Part shown: positions 1 to 13,041 of the stretch, in pieces
Layout: each line of letters starts with the position of its first letter
How positions within the stretch are numbered: the stretch's first letter is position 1
NCBI GenBank assembly: GCA_024679065.1
Contig: JAGIQG010000012.1
Location: 38,812,001 to 38,876,000 of the forward strand
Length of the DNA stretch: 64,000 bases
Direction of reading: 5' to 3'
Origin: Sphyrna mokarran
Taxonomy: Eukaryota
Position numbers and translations under genes: made by a program
Notes under the pieces: generated by a model
The model's database searches: none
What the model saw: the letters and a program-made list of their open reading frames with translations, nothing else
What the model was told of the DNA's origin: nothing

Positions 1-1447
1 TACTGAGTATTGTGTACATGCTTATAATCTTAAAAACACTAAGAGGTTAAGTGACAGCCTGTATACTTTTAAAACATGGATTTATATTGAACTCATGGGG
101 TTCCTGATGTGAAACTACTGACTGAAGCTGGTCATGTCCATTACTTTAGTGTATTCAGGAGTTTAATTAGCAACCCGATCTCTGGACTGCATCTTCCCTG
201 CGTACTGATGTGGATCTGAAACGTTAACACAACAATTCATAAATTTATATAACTGCAGACAAAAAACATCTCACTGGGTTACAATAAAATCCAAAAGAAC
301 TGACAAAAGAAGACAGTAGTGGAATATGTGCTGAATAACTAAGGTAGTGCAGCATTTCCCATGAACATCAGCAAAGCATGTCATGTCACATGTGTTCTGT
401 CTGTAGGCAGGTCCTTGGCTCATTCATGGTTCATCCCATGCTGTTTTCTTGGCAGTTTTTGTCAGTGGTTTGCCCTTGCCTTCCATTCTCAGGGGCAGGG
501 CAAAGAGGCAGTCCCAAGTCTGCCTCAGCTGGAACAGGAATCAAATCCACTCACTGTTGGCATTACTCTGAACCACACATTAACCACCCAGCTGACTGAA
601 CTGAGTGGTTCATATTCGCAACACAGTGGAGATATAATTACTAATTCCCAAAACATTAACTCCTGTAGAAAAGCTAGCCTTAAAACATAGAAAACCAAAC
701 AAAGTACCAACTGATAAGTAGATAAAGGAAAGGAATGGGTAATTTAATTATTCTAGTTCAAGAAAAGAGAAAAATGGATAAAGACGAAAGCCTTTATGGT
801 TATGGAACTGTAGCCCATATAAGAAAAATAATAAAAATGAATGGCTAGTGGCACCATAGTGCAAATCACTAACTACGTCTGAGACTTTCTACCTGCTGAG
901 CATTACAATTTAATACCATTCAGATACTTTTCATTGCTCAGACTTCCTATGAACTGAAACATGGTCTTATGTGTGAAGCAATAGAGATGGGGGAGAGTGC
1001 TGTATTTGTGTTTGGGGAGTAACAGCAGACATCTCTCACTAACGGGCAAATAACACTGATTAATAATATATCTCGGACTATACTTTGAATCAAATTTACT
1101 AAGAAATTACATTACAGTGAAGCAAGAGCAAACTGCATATTTCACTGGATTATAGAGCTTAATTCAGTTCACATTCTCTACTCCTAAGTAATAGAACATC
1201 TTAAAGTCCTATCCATTCTCCGGGTTTTACACTTCTGTTTTGGACATATGCACGCAATGTGAAGCCAGTACATATATTAATACTGTTCTGTACGCCTCAG
1301 CTTACTAGTTTCCTGGCAAAATTTTATTTCAGGAAGTCGCTATATTTGCTTTAAAGAGCAAACTAAGATAAGTGAATGATGTCTTGACAATTAAATAAAT
1401 TTATCAAACTGAAAATTGATTTCAAATGTTCATACATTCCTCAGTAA

Positions 1448-1792
1448 GGGCGGCATGGTAGCACACTGGTTAGCACTGCTGCTTCACTGCTCCAAAGACC
1501 TGGGTTCGATTCCCAGCTTGGGTCACTGTCTATGTGGAGTTTGCACATTCTCCTCGTGTCTGCGTGGATTTCTCCGGGTGCCTTGGTTTCCTCCCACAAT
1601 CCAAAGATGTGTGGGTTAGGTTGATTGGCCATGCTAAAACTTATGCCTTACTGTCCTGAGATGTGTAGATTAGAGGGATTAGTGGATAAATGTATAGGGA
1701 TATGGAGATGAGGCCTGGGTGGGATTGTGGTCTGTACAGACTTGATGGACCAAATGGCCTCATTCTGCACAGTAGGGTTTCTATGATTCTAT
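1448..1792 (+). mobile_element. HE1-like V-SINE (tRNA-derived head, V domain, CR1-type tail)
   Basis: A-box-like TAGCACACTGG and B-box GGTTCGATTCCC; V-domain TGTGGAGTTTGCACATTCTCC...TCCAAAGATGTG...TTGATTGGCC; tail GGACCAAATGGCCT...TCTATGATTCTA. A related copy lies at 29950-30218. Confidence 0.88.
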
Positions 1793-1869
1793 AAATAAGG
1801 CAGCAGCTAATCAATTCACGATTTCAATATATATTCAAACTGAGGGAGTCTTGTTTACAGGATTGTCTT

Positions 1870-2954
1870 GGTTCCTTGAACCTACACTCAGTCAAATGCT
1901 GCCTTCAGATCAAGGCATTCAATCTCACATCACCACTCGAATTTTGTCCAAACTTGGACCAAAGTTGCAATGAAGTCTGGAGCTGAGTGGAATCCAAACA
2001 GAGCATCAGTAAATGGTTTACAGGTGTGTAAGTACCAACACTGTCAATTACATCTTCCATCGCTTTGATAATGATTAGAATAGATGATTGGATGGTAATT
2101 GGCCAAATTTAATTTGTCCTGCTTTTTGTAGGCAGGACACAACTGGGCAATTCTCCACAATATCTCCAGGTAGATGCCGGTATTGCACCTGTACTGAAGC
2201 AGCTTGACTGATGGTGCACCTCGTTCTGAAGCACACCTCTTTGGCATTACAGCTGGGATGTTGCCAAGCTGTACTCTGTTTAGAGTATTATTGGCTGAAG
2301 ACTATTAAGATGCTGGGGACTTCAGGAGGTCTCAATGCCTTGTGACATTTCTGGTTGAAGGTTTTTGCAAATGTTTCAATCTTGCCTTTTCCACTGACTT
2401 TGCGTTCCACAATCATGAATGATGGAGATGTTTGTGGAGCCCTCTCCCCAGGTTGGTTGTTTAATTATCCATCAGCATTCATGCCTAGTTATGGCAGGTT
2501 TCCAGAGTTTTGATCTGATCCATTGGTTGTGGGATTGCTGAACTTTGTCTATCGCATGCTGCTTCTGCTATTTAGTATGCATGTAATCCTGTGCTGCAGC
2601 TGCAATAGGTTAGCTCATTTCTGATATGCCTGCATCTACCTCTGGCAAGCTTTCCTACACATTTCATTGAGCCAGGTTCTCTCATGGTGGTTCTCTCACC
2701 ACCTATTGCAGACCCAGTCTGGCAGATCAGTCCTTCAGGACTTGCCCAGGCCAACCAATAGTGGTGCTACTGTGCTGCTCTCAGTGATGTGCAATAGGGT
2801 CCCCCATGTGTATTCTATGTCCCTCAGTACTTTTCCAAGTGTTGTTCAACATGGAGGAGTACAGATTCATTAGTTGAGGGGTTGGCAGAGGAGGGAGGAG
2901 GGATCGGAAATGGTGCGTGATAATCAGCAGGAGTTTTCCTCTCCACGTTTGACC
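1870..2954 (-). mobile_element. Decayed CR1/L2-group LINE ORF2 fragment
   Basis: Minus-strand translation TGIY...WRIAQLCPAYKKQDKLNLANYHPI resembles the pre-RT motif WKxAxVxPxxKK...NYRPIS. Boundaries approximate. Confidence 0.75.
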
Positions 2955-3428
2955 TAGTCCTTGACTTTATGATGTTCCAGTTACGATGAATGGCACTTAT
3001 AACATGTAAAAATTAACACCCTGTTTTGAATTTACGATGTCAGTTGTGACTTTATGACGCCATGCCAGTAAATAAGTTCAACCATTCATCCATGCACATT
3101 GTCTTCTGCGCTGCACAACTCCTTTATTTAAAATGCTCAATTGCTTTTCCAACACATTTTTAACTTGGTTAATCTTTGTCTTTTCAAACTTTTTCTTAAA
3201 ATTTATATTTTGTGATATTAATTTATTGCTATATTACTGTCTTTATAAATGATGGAGTACAGAATTCTGGGTTAATTTGGTGAAAAAAGGTATTGAACCT
3301 TGGTTCAAGTATGAACCCTCAATACATAATATAGTTTTTCTGGGAAAATTGGTTCCAAGTTATGACATTTCAAATTAACAGGTGGTTTTCAGGACCCAAT
3401 TGTGTTGTAGATTGAAGGACTTCCTGTA
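2955..3428. mobile_element. Tigger/pogo-like non-autonomous DNA transposon remnant nested in the LINE
   Basis: Left AGTCCTTGACTTTA versus reverse complement of the right end TA-CAGGAAGTCCTTCAATCTA; AT-rich interior; LINE-like sequence resumes at ~3430. Confidence 0.5.
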
Positions 3429-3429
3429 T

Positions 3430-4050
3430 TTCAATGAAACTTCATGATGTCTAGGGTCACTGTTGAAGACTTCCATAAACATTTCCTCCCAATTGTATAC
3501 CACTGTGCCACCATCTCTTATGTGACAAGACTAAATCAAGGATTGTTATGCATGAGTATGGGATGTTAAGTGAAATGCATGATTCAGAGAGTATGACTAA
3601 TAGCATGCTGTTGTTTGGCCAGTCTGTGTGACAGCTTCCCCAATTTTGGTATGTTCCACAATGTTAGCGAGGAAGACTTTGCAGAGTCAACATAGCTGGT
3701 GTGTCTTTGTCATATCTAGTGGCTAAGTCAATATTGAGTGGTCTGTCTAAGTTTTATTCTTCTTTGACTTTTTTGTAACAGTGGTTCACTCAGCCATTTC
3801 AGAATCAGCTATATTACTGTTGGTCTGGTCATATATAAGCAAAAATGGGTTAGGATGACAGATTCCCTTCCCTGAAAGACATTAGTGAACCAGATAGAAT
3901 TTTTCATTAATCTGGTAGTTTCATAGTCATCATTAGCGATGCTAGTTTTTTATTCCAGATTTATTGAATTAACTGAATTTAAATTCTTCACTTGATGGTG
4001 TGATATTGAACTCCTTTTGAACTGAAACATTAGTCCAGACCTTTAGATTG
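3430..4050 (-). mobile_element. Continuation of the decayed LINE plus adjoining old repeat
   Basis: TGTATACCACTGTGCCACC and GACATTAGTGAACCAGAT match motifs I recall from abundant shark repeats. Family not resolved. Confidence 0.5.
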
Positions 4051-4072
4051 CTGAATTTAGGTTGGCAACCAG

Positions 4073-4150
4073 CAACATTAACTTTATTTCTCTCTCTCGC
4101 TTCAGATGCTACCAAACCTGCTGAGTATTTCCAGCCTTTTCTGTTTTGCT
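4073..4150 (+). mobile_element. Penelope-like terminal fragment
   Basis: CAGATGCTACCAAACCTGCTGAGTATTTCCAG is similar to 39472-39505 and 42551-42585. Confidence 0.6.
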
Positions 4151-7100
4151 CTGGATTAATAGCCAGTAATTTAACCCCCACTATGAATTTAGTATTAGTT
4201 CTCAAGCCAATATTATACTTCCTTTTATCTTTACTCATGTATGAGCAATAGCCCAAGTACTAAATTAGCCTTATCTGAAGTTAAGCACATTTGTAATTGC
4301 AACTATCATTCCCTACTCTACATTTTGTATACACCAATCCCCATAAATTAATGTTTGTGTGTGTTAATTTTCACTTAAAAGGCAGTCAACCCTTAGGTTA
4401 CCTCTTGAACTTGTACCAAAAATATACTGTGGCAACGTCGATTCTGAACTTCGTTGCTTTGTCAACCTGTGAAGAAGATTCCTGTTTAACATTATCTTAA
4501 TTCTTGTTTCATCTTCACATCTACTTTGATTTATTCCCTGATCAATATATCGAATGGAAAAAAGGTGGTCTCATCTTAACTACCATGTAGTCGTCACATT
4601 TACCTCCTTTTTCAACTCTTTTCACTGTGAAGTAAATCATATGACCTGATGTTTACACCTCATGAGAAAAGTAACTTAAACTATATACATACCTATTTCA
4701 ATGTTCACAAGTACATATAAAACGCATATATTTACTGTAAAACTCAATTTATTAAATATATTTTATTTCCTTCGGTGAACTAAAAATGCTTCCAATTTTA
4801 GTTTCCTAACACCTTTATTATTGTATCTGCGTCCAATGATTATTAACAACTTGTACTATCTGACTTAAACAGACGGGATTTGATAATAGAAATTGTAACA
4901 GCGAGTTAACATTTGCAAAATTCATTTGAGCATTAATGTTTTTACATCACAAGCATCCAGACAAATCTCGAAGAAACGGGGACTTATTGATGTCTTGAAT
5001 ATCTTATAATGACATAATTGTCTTAGCAACAGACCTCCCATAGATTGGCGCTTGACCAGACATCTAATACTGCTACTGTGTTTGATGTTTGCTGTGACCT
5101 AGTTCTGTGGCTGTGGGTGTACAGTGCTGCCTTTGCCCTGTTGATGGCGCGCGTTCATTACAAACTGCCGGACAGTGCAGCACCTCTGACAAAGAAACTC
5201 AAACTCCCTTTTTTCCCTCTCTGCCAATCTCCTCACCGTTGAAAGGCGTGCTCACGCCTTATCTGAGCTGATCTAAAGAATAACTTATTCAATCTATCTA
5301 CACAAAATTGAAATTGATCTTTATCGTTCGCTGTCTCTTTCTCTATTTGATTTGCAATATTCCTGATTAGCAATTGAGCACGGCACTCTTTCAAAACTAA
5401 TCATATGTGGGGTAGAACGATTCTTAAGAACTGGTAATCGCAAAGAAAAAAAAAACAAACTATTTAAATGATCAGCAAACTTTTGTTTCAAACCATGTTC
5501 AGGGTAAAATACGTTCAGATACTATTAGGGAAAGTAACTAAATATAAACGTTATATACTGAATACATGCCCACATATATGTGTATATAACTCTTAGAACT
5601 ACAGTAGAAATTATATCATGGTTTTTTTTTGTAATAGGAATAATATTGTAAACTTAACCTGCAATATAGCGGTGCAATATATCAGTTTACATATTTCCAT
5701 TTGAACCACAGCGCTGCATAGTCCCGTTTAAAATAAATTTCATTTTTGCTAAGTTGATTTGACTGACTTTTATTTGTTCGTTTCCCTAGATTTCAAAGGT
5801 GAGGGGTTTTGGCTGAGTTGCCGGATCTTCGGCCACTTCACACGCGAGAAATGCTGAAGGAACACCAATCTTCCGAATCAAAATCCCGCTTTTCACGCGT
5901 GAGATAAATTTGTGGTCCCATGTGTGTGATCACAGCCTCCTCATTTGTCATCATAACAACCGTTTAGTGTAAAATTAACAACAACTTAACTACACCAGTT
6001 ATAAACAAGATCATGCATTACGATAGATTGATGGACAGTGGGCAGCAATAATCAGCCAAGTATGGTGTGAAACAAACGATTTTAAAAACAAAAGTAAAAT
6101 ATACCGAGTTTAAGACTTTTCACGTGCCAAGGTTCTGATTTGACAGGTGAATATGTGTTGTAAATCCATGCGCACAAAATAACGTTTTATGCGTCTTTCT
6201 AAATGTATTTTATTTCAGAATCTTAAATTCATTTTTTAAGAACCTCAGTAACATTCACACATATTGTATCGTTCAAGAGTGACTTGTGTAGCCTTATATA
6301 ACTTAAAATGCCCGAATTCATGTATAAGTAGTTTGTTTTTATAAATTATTACATTCTGCGTATTAATCTACTGCAATATAGTACATCTCAATGGCGTGGA
6401 AGAAACGTCTGAACTTTGCTTTTTTCTTATCACACAACATTATTTTCCACTTAAAATGTGTAAAATGTAATGTAATTTATCGTTAGGGAGAATGGGACTG
6501 CCTATGTTATATATTCATATGTCTTAGTAACAAATCCTGTCAACAAACACTGTAAAAAAACGAATTAAAGGAAATGGCCAAAACATATCAAATTTATTCA
6601 AATACTTTTTCTGGTCAAGTAATCCGTTTTGATTACTGCTAATGCTTGCCAAAACCCGGATCATATACCCACCCCGTTACACAGTATGATAATGCCCAGT
6701 GCGAAATCTTCACATTAATATTCATTGCCAGCCACCGATTTAAAGCTGTTCTGATAAGTGATTTGCCAGATCTGACGATTGTGTTTAAAATACATATCCT
6801 GTCTTAGATGAGATTTTAAGTTAATTTTTTTATTTTAAACCACTGAAATGTTAAATAACAACAATCAATATCTTTTATGCAATTGTTCTATGATTCCAGC
6901 TTTATGTGGGTACCACCAAAGATCTGCTTATATATATTGGCATATAGATATATCAGAAAGACAACAAAGCATTATGTAACATCACGATCAGTTGACGAAA
7001 GATTATTGGTTACGAGGTGTGCACAGGTGGACTAAATATTACACTTTACTGAAAAGTTCAGGTGTTTTTTAAAAAATGACTTCGGGAGCTTTGGTTATTT

Positions 7101-7319
7101 GGAACGATTTCAATGTGTCCTGTAGCAGTTAGCGGGAATGTATACAATGAATTTAGATTCTGATCAATACTTTATTTAGAAATAAATCCATGTCCTTATT
7201 CCATCCATCCCAGTGCCCAAAATATAATTACCTTGCTTGCAGACACACTGTGTCTCGCAATACAACTTGATATGACAGTAGAAAGAAACTCTAACAGATG
7301 TCAAGTTTTTATTTTGCAA

Positions 7320-7700
7320 TGGCAAATTCCATGATATATTACTGCCCAAATACATGAAGTCTAGGAACATTCTGAGGCACATTTTGACCCAATATTCTAA
7401 ATAGTTGGAAGATGTTTCCAAAGAAGTAATGCAATTCGAAGTGAACCTCCTATGTAAAGTGGTAGCTGGTCGTTTAATAATGTGCAGTAGTGTTGTTATT
7501 AAGAATGTTTTGTGTGCCGGTGCATGACTATAATTCAACTCTAACAACAGACTGGCTGAGTGGGGTCCCCCTGAAAGGGTCGATGCAGGGCTTGGCAAAC
7601 GTAACCTCTTGGCTCTATGCGCCGTCCATCTGTCTGCACTTGAGTCCAGACAGATTCAATAGGTCCTTGTATGCTTATGTCTGGCCGCAAAAAGGTGAAA
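7320..7700 (-). mobile_element. Possible RTE-clade LINE remnant
   Basis: Minus-strand DFMYLGSNIS resembles the RT C-terminal FxYLGS motif; otherwise highly degraded. Confidence 0.35.
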
Positions 7701-9773
7701 TGGTCTGTATTAAGACTAGCTAACTGTTCAAGTGTTTATCATAGTGGTGACCGTTGGATTAAAAGAAACTTAAAATGATGTCCAAGAGTGGTGTCTCTCG
7801 TGATGTGTGGGCATTCCAGGAAATTAAAAGCAAATAGTTAATAGTGTCTTCGTCAATAAAGCACACCTAGAGAATATGTGGACCGACAAAACACCTGTAA
7901 ATATATTGACATGGAGGGGATAGCAAATGAGATATACGATGCTATTATTTAAAACACAAATTAACTTATTTTTAAATTGTCCATCAATGAAATTTAAAAG
8001 ATTGTTAGATTTGACTTTTTAGGGAATAACTTTCTGTTGAGACAAAATATAACCAATGACTCCTGGTAGGAAATGATATACATAAACCTAAGAAGACATA
8101 AAGTCATTAGGATCCAGTGAAGACGATACTGTGCTATAAATTGTACAAAAGCCAGTTGGTGAGCAATAGAAAGAGGATATACAAACGATAAAACATAGTC
8201 GCAAGAAAATATTGAAGTGACACATATGGGACAACTTTGGCATTTGGATGTGCAGTTCTAAAAAGTTAAGGAAAAGAAAATAAATGCAGCATGGCACAGC
8301 CGGTTTCTCTTTCCTGTAAGGTTGCTATAGTTTGCAAGAGATGATCCCTAGGTTTTGGTGGAGTGGGAGGAGAGAGAAGAATGCTCACGGTATATCCAAG
8401 CTAATGAAAGGTACTTGTTTTCATCTTATTTGATGAAAGCCAAAATCCAGTTTTACAAGTTTCTTTTTTTCACACCTGGACGGCAGGGCGGGGGAGGGAA
8501 AGAGGGGGGAGAGCAATACAGATCCAGCTACAGACAAAACAATCTTTGTTGTACTACTACCTCTCGGTTGCCTGTCTCATCTTGAACAAAGGCAATGAAT
8601 ATTATAGCACCAGATCCATATGTATAACATAACACACAGCATGCATGCCACCAATTACGTTTGGATTGTACAGCAGGGGCATTTCAAATGCTACACTTTC
8701 TCACTCAATTTTGTATGCCGAGACACACATCTTTTGTTCGCGATTAGTTTTGGTACAAAGCCTACACGATTTGCACTTCTGAATATAGTGCAAACGTCAT
8801 CTGAGCGCTTTCTGCTCAAGTGCCTCCTAATATGTGGGATGGAATATGGGAGCTTGTAATTGACACTCATTTTTACTGGCAAGCGCTGGCACGTCTTCAA
8901 GACTCTGCAGACAATACAGAAAACATCGCTAACTTCGCCTTTATCTTCAATAGGTACTGCGGCGAACCTATGCAATAAAGCTCGTCGGATGTGTGGTAAT
9001 GAGAAAAAAATGTGGCCGAAAGTGTTGTATTATTGTTAATAGATCAGTCTTGTCAGCGGACAGACATCAAACAGTGCTCTCAGTTTAATGTACTGAAAAC
9101 GACTAAAGTCGCATGTTGCCACAACTGTCCACTAACCCAATACAATAGTTCATTCAAATTTACAATCTCTTTTGCAACAAAAACGCGCTTCGAAGTTAGA
9201 TATCGGCGAGCAAATCAATTAGTTAATCAAGCATTAGTTGTCATGTTACAAACTAAGACTCTGCCTTTATCATCCTGACAATTGAATTAAACTTTCGAAT
9301 TATGCATGCTGTTGACCACTGACCGCAGAAGCTATGTAGATTATGCAAAACATTTGATTACAATCAGCAACTACAAGGCCCTGATCACCGAGTAAAGGTT
9401 GGCGGCGGTGGGGTGGGTGTGTATGTGCTGGGGGGGGGGGGGGAGGTGAGGGGGTGGTAACTTCTGCAAATACCCGGTGAGAAAACAATAAAAAAAAGTA
9501 CATTTATTCAATGATCGAGGGAGAAAAAAATAATGACAAAACAGCAGAGTGATTTGATTTATTTTGCGAGTGGGTCGCGACTGTTAATGCCTGATCATTT
9601 ACATATTGAAATGCGACCAAGCGGACACTCAATTTTCCTGCCCATGTTTTGCACATGGCTCTCTCGATTTTCAAGCAGCCAGGTTACCTCGCAACGCCCC
9701 TTGAGGAGGTCAGGCGGTCGATTCCGCGTTGATCAATTTTGACTGCAAGGCATCAACATTATGAAAAACACCC

Positions 9774-9790
9774 TGGCACCAGATGGAGCG
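9774..9790 (+). promoter_or_regulatory. Candidate CTCF site upstream of BCL11A
   Basis: TGGCACCAGATGGAGCG is close to the CTCF core CCASYAGRKGGCRS. Motif match only. Confidence 0.35.
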
Positions 9791-12299
9791 AGGTCTAGGT
9801 AAAGGTCAAGGTTAGCTCAGCCTGCTATTGAATCGGCTGCGTGATAGATCGTTGACTTGCTTTGCTCGGAGGCACCCATAGGGGTTTCTGCGAATAAAAG
9901 GAGTCACAAGTGAAACGCTTCGACGCTGCTCTGAATGCTAAAATAATTATTAGGATGCATTAAAAACGAGTAGCCAAATTCTTCTTTGGGAAAATATATA
10001 CATACACACACACACAGAGATCCGCGCTCGGAACATTTACTAAGCAAATCAACCGACTTTGAATACACAACTCCAGTCACTGGGTACATAGCATAAAGTT
10101 ATAATTACTAAGCTAATCAAAAGATGGAATTAATTTCTTCACTACGGACTTGTCCACAAAGTGATCACCAGATTCGCAATTGAATGCCCCAGCGTTCTCC
10201 CAACCACTATCTCTCCTCACTCTCCCTGCCATTCGAGCGGGTAGTGGGGGATGATTGTGCTGGGTCCGAACCGCAGAAGGCGGACATTACACACAAAAGT
10301 AACTTTTATTTGCCCACGTCGCTAATGTAAATCGCGAAAGTATAGAAGAGACGGGGGTGGGGGGGGGGGGGGAGGGGAAGGAGGTGTTGTTGCTTGGTGT
10401 GGGCTACGTTGTTTGGCTGAGACTGGGCAATGCATGGATCAGCTAACTCAGTTTAGTAACTACTGGACAAGATGGCAGATAAAAAGCTGACCAGGTTAGC
10501 AGCCAGCCAGCTCCCAGATGCAGATTAGATCAGAAATCATTTTGCATTAAAAGTGGGGGAGGTCTGCTCGAAGGAACTTGGCTCTGGCAGTTCTGCAGCT
10601 CTTTGCCCTTCGCTCACTATAAATTTACAGGACCCTCTCCTGCAGAAAACCGCACGTTAAAAGAAAAATCAACCTACAGTCATTTAGGACCCCTGCAGAT
10701 GGGAAATGTACTTTCACCGTTTTAAAAGAAGTGCATCCACCCTGAGTTTAAGAGTTATAAAACCATTTTGTTTTACATCCATGACTTTAAGTAACCTAAC
10801 TTCCTCGTGTAAGAGGGACGGTACAGCTGCAACCGCAGATCTTATCGGATCGTTGAGTGTCAGTAAAAATAGTTAACCCTTCAACCACTTGCTCCAGCTG
10901 GTGAAAAGAAAAAAATGGCGCAGTTTCTGTTAACATATCTTACCATTGATCACAAATGAGTTCAATTTCACTTCTGCTGCCTGAATTGTTCGGTTGGCCA
11001 TATTCACGTTCGGGGCTCTCCAGCTAAAAGCATTTAGACTTCATAAAAAAAAGCACCATCATATACACAAGGTTACGGTGGGGGTGGGGGGGTGGTGGTA
11101 GTAAGCACATTTATACTTCATGGAAACAATGACTTTAAACGACTCTGAAATCTTCCATATTATACAGTCCCTGTTGCATCAGTACAGATTTATTGAACAG
11201 TACAAGTTTTATAAAAACAAGATTCTTTAAACTCTCTACCCCGAAAGCTATCTCGCTGCATTCCCCAATCCTGGATCCGCGCGAAAATAAATTCTTCCTT
11301 ATTTACCGTTCCCTAATTGCAAAGCATTATGTTACACATAATCTTTTTCTAGTTTGTTGTGCAAATTTTATTTTAAATCAACATGGAAGGGCTGATTTGG
11401 AAAAAAATATTTTATTTCATATTGATTTACTAGACTTCCAGCCATCGTATTTAATGAAACCATCCAAGTATCACCAAGGGCAACAGGATTAACATAAAAT
11501 CATTTTTCCCTTTAAAAAAATCATGTGCTTTGAAATGTTATTACTTTTTAAAATAAAACGGTCGATGCAGGTGCAAAATCTTCAAAGGTTACTCGAACAC
11601 TTTTTTCTCACCTCGCATAAATGAGTAGGGCCGTATGTGTATCTTGAAATGAGAAGCAGCATGGCTATTTTAAACACGATTTGCATTCAACTCAAATACC
11701 TGCAACTAAAATACCTGCAAATCCATTGAAAAATGAGAATGAACTGTGTGAAGATCAATTATCAAGCCGTTCTGCGTTTAACATACTGTATAGAATGAGC
11801 GACACAAAGGGTAGAGAAATAATAGGATTAACATGTTCACTTTATATTTTATATTCACGTTACTTGATGCATTTCCACAGTCTTGTGAAATATCCTACGA
11901 TAAGTGACCGAAAATAAAAGACCTGGTTAACAGGTAACGTCACGGAAATAGACTGTCGAGGACACATTTTATTTTACAAAAATGAACATGATATAATGTA
12001 TACATTTTAAAAGAAACACATACACACATAAAGGGTCAACAACCTCCAGAAGCAGTTGGTTTTGTGTTAGAAAGTGAAAGAAACCCATTGACTAGATTTA
12101 TGATTTTAATTTAAAATAATATACAAATGTAAATATCTGCTGTCTGTCCAAGTGCACAATCTGGCTCACGTGTACGCAGTCGACATTTCAGTAATCTGGA
12201 ATTCTAACACCCCGCTTTGCTATTTATATACCGCGAAACACTTTGCAAACCTGGTCCATTCTGCCTCCCCACCACCCCTCCCCTTTACTCCCCTAAAAA

Positions 12300-12850
12300 G
12301 AAATGAACTCTTGTGAATAATGTCATCCTTCCGCTGGCAGTTGACAAATAATAACGGACGCAGGCTAAAGATCTGTGTGTATGTGTCTCTGTGTGTGTAT
12401 GTGTCTCTGTGTGTGTATTTGTGTGTGTGCCTTCTTCCTGATAGCCCTGCTCGTACTTGTGCAGAGCACGAATGTTAAAAGCTTTTTTCTGGGGGAGTGC
12501 ATTTGACCAGTCGCCCTGTGCCCATGAGTTGCAGGCAGTTTGGGTTGGTTAGGGTTGGGTAGTGGTGGTGGGGTGGCATGGTGGCGAGGAGGGGGGGGGG
12601 GAGGGGAAGGAAGAGTATTGGAGTGGTTTTTGAAGAGAGAGAGAGAGAGGAGGAGGAGGTGCTGTGGGTGGGTGGGTGGGTGGTGGGGGGGATGATGGAT
12701 TGATTGGAAAGCTGCCTGGAGCTGCTATTGGGTAAGCTGTAGCAGTGAGTGTGAGTGTGAGTGTGTGTCTCTGATCAGTGGGCTTTGTCCAGCCCCGTGT
12801 CCCTGGGTATGTATCATTGGCTTGCTGTCTCCTCTCGCCCTGCCCAGCCA
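12300..12850 (+). promoter_or_regulatory. BCL11A: BCL11A promoter region with simple repeats and G-tracts
   Basis: Immediately upstream of the UTR-like block; TG-rich 12375-12429, poly-G 12591-12601, (GA)n 12633-12648, (GTGTGA)n 12745-12768. The TSS cannot be determined from sequence. Confidence 0.6.
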
Positions 12851-13041
12851 CCTCCTGACGTTCAAGTTCGCGGGCACGTCACGTACGCACTTGAACTTGG
12901 TGGTTTTAAAGCCATGACGGCTATCCCACAATCCATCTCCAGCCGCCATCTTTGTATTATTTCTAATTTATTTTATGTCAAGCCATTGATGAAGATATTT
13001 TCTCTGGAGTCTCCTTCTTCCCGCTCCCGATGTGACCGAGC
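12851..13041 (+). other. BCL11A: BCL11A 5'UTR (non-coding part of exon 1)
   Basis: Blocks CTCCTGACGTTCAAGTTCGC, GCACTTGAACTTG, AAAGCCATGACGGCT, GCCATCTTTGTATTATTTCTAATTTATTTT and TGATGAAGATATTTTCTCTGGAGTCTCCTTCTT match my recollection of the human 5'UTR and directly precede the start codon. Confidence 0.8.

Noticed and set aside
204-228. CTGATG...GAAACGTTAAC as a hammerhead
   Set aside because: The core lacks A9 and a proper stem II; at best a decayed Penelope fragment.
1448-1520. tRNA gene
   Set aside because: The A/B boxes are the head of a SINE and continue into the V domain and LINE-type tail.
12504-12509. TGACCA (BCL11A site) in the promoter as autoregulation; also at 9313 and 10488
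   Set aside because: A 6-mer is expected roughly every 2 kb counting both strands; no enrichment is evident.
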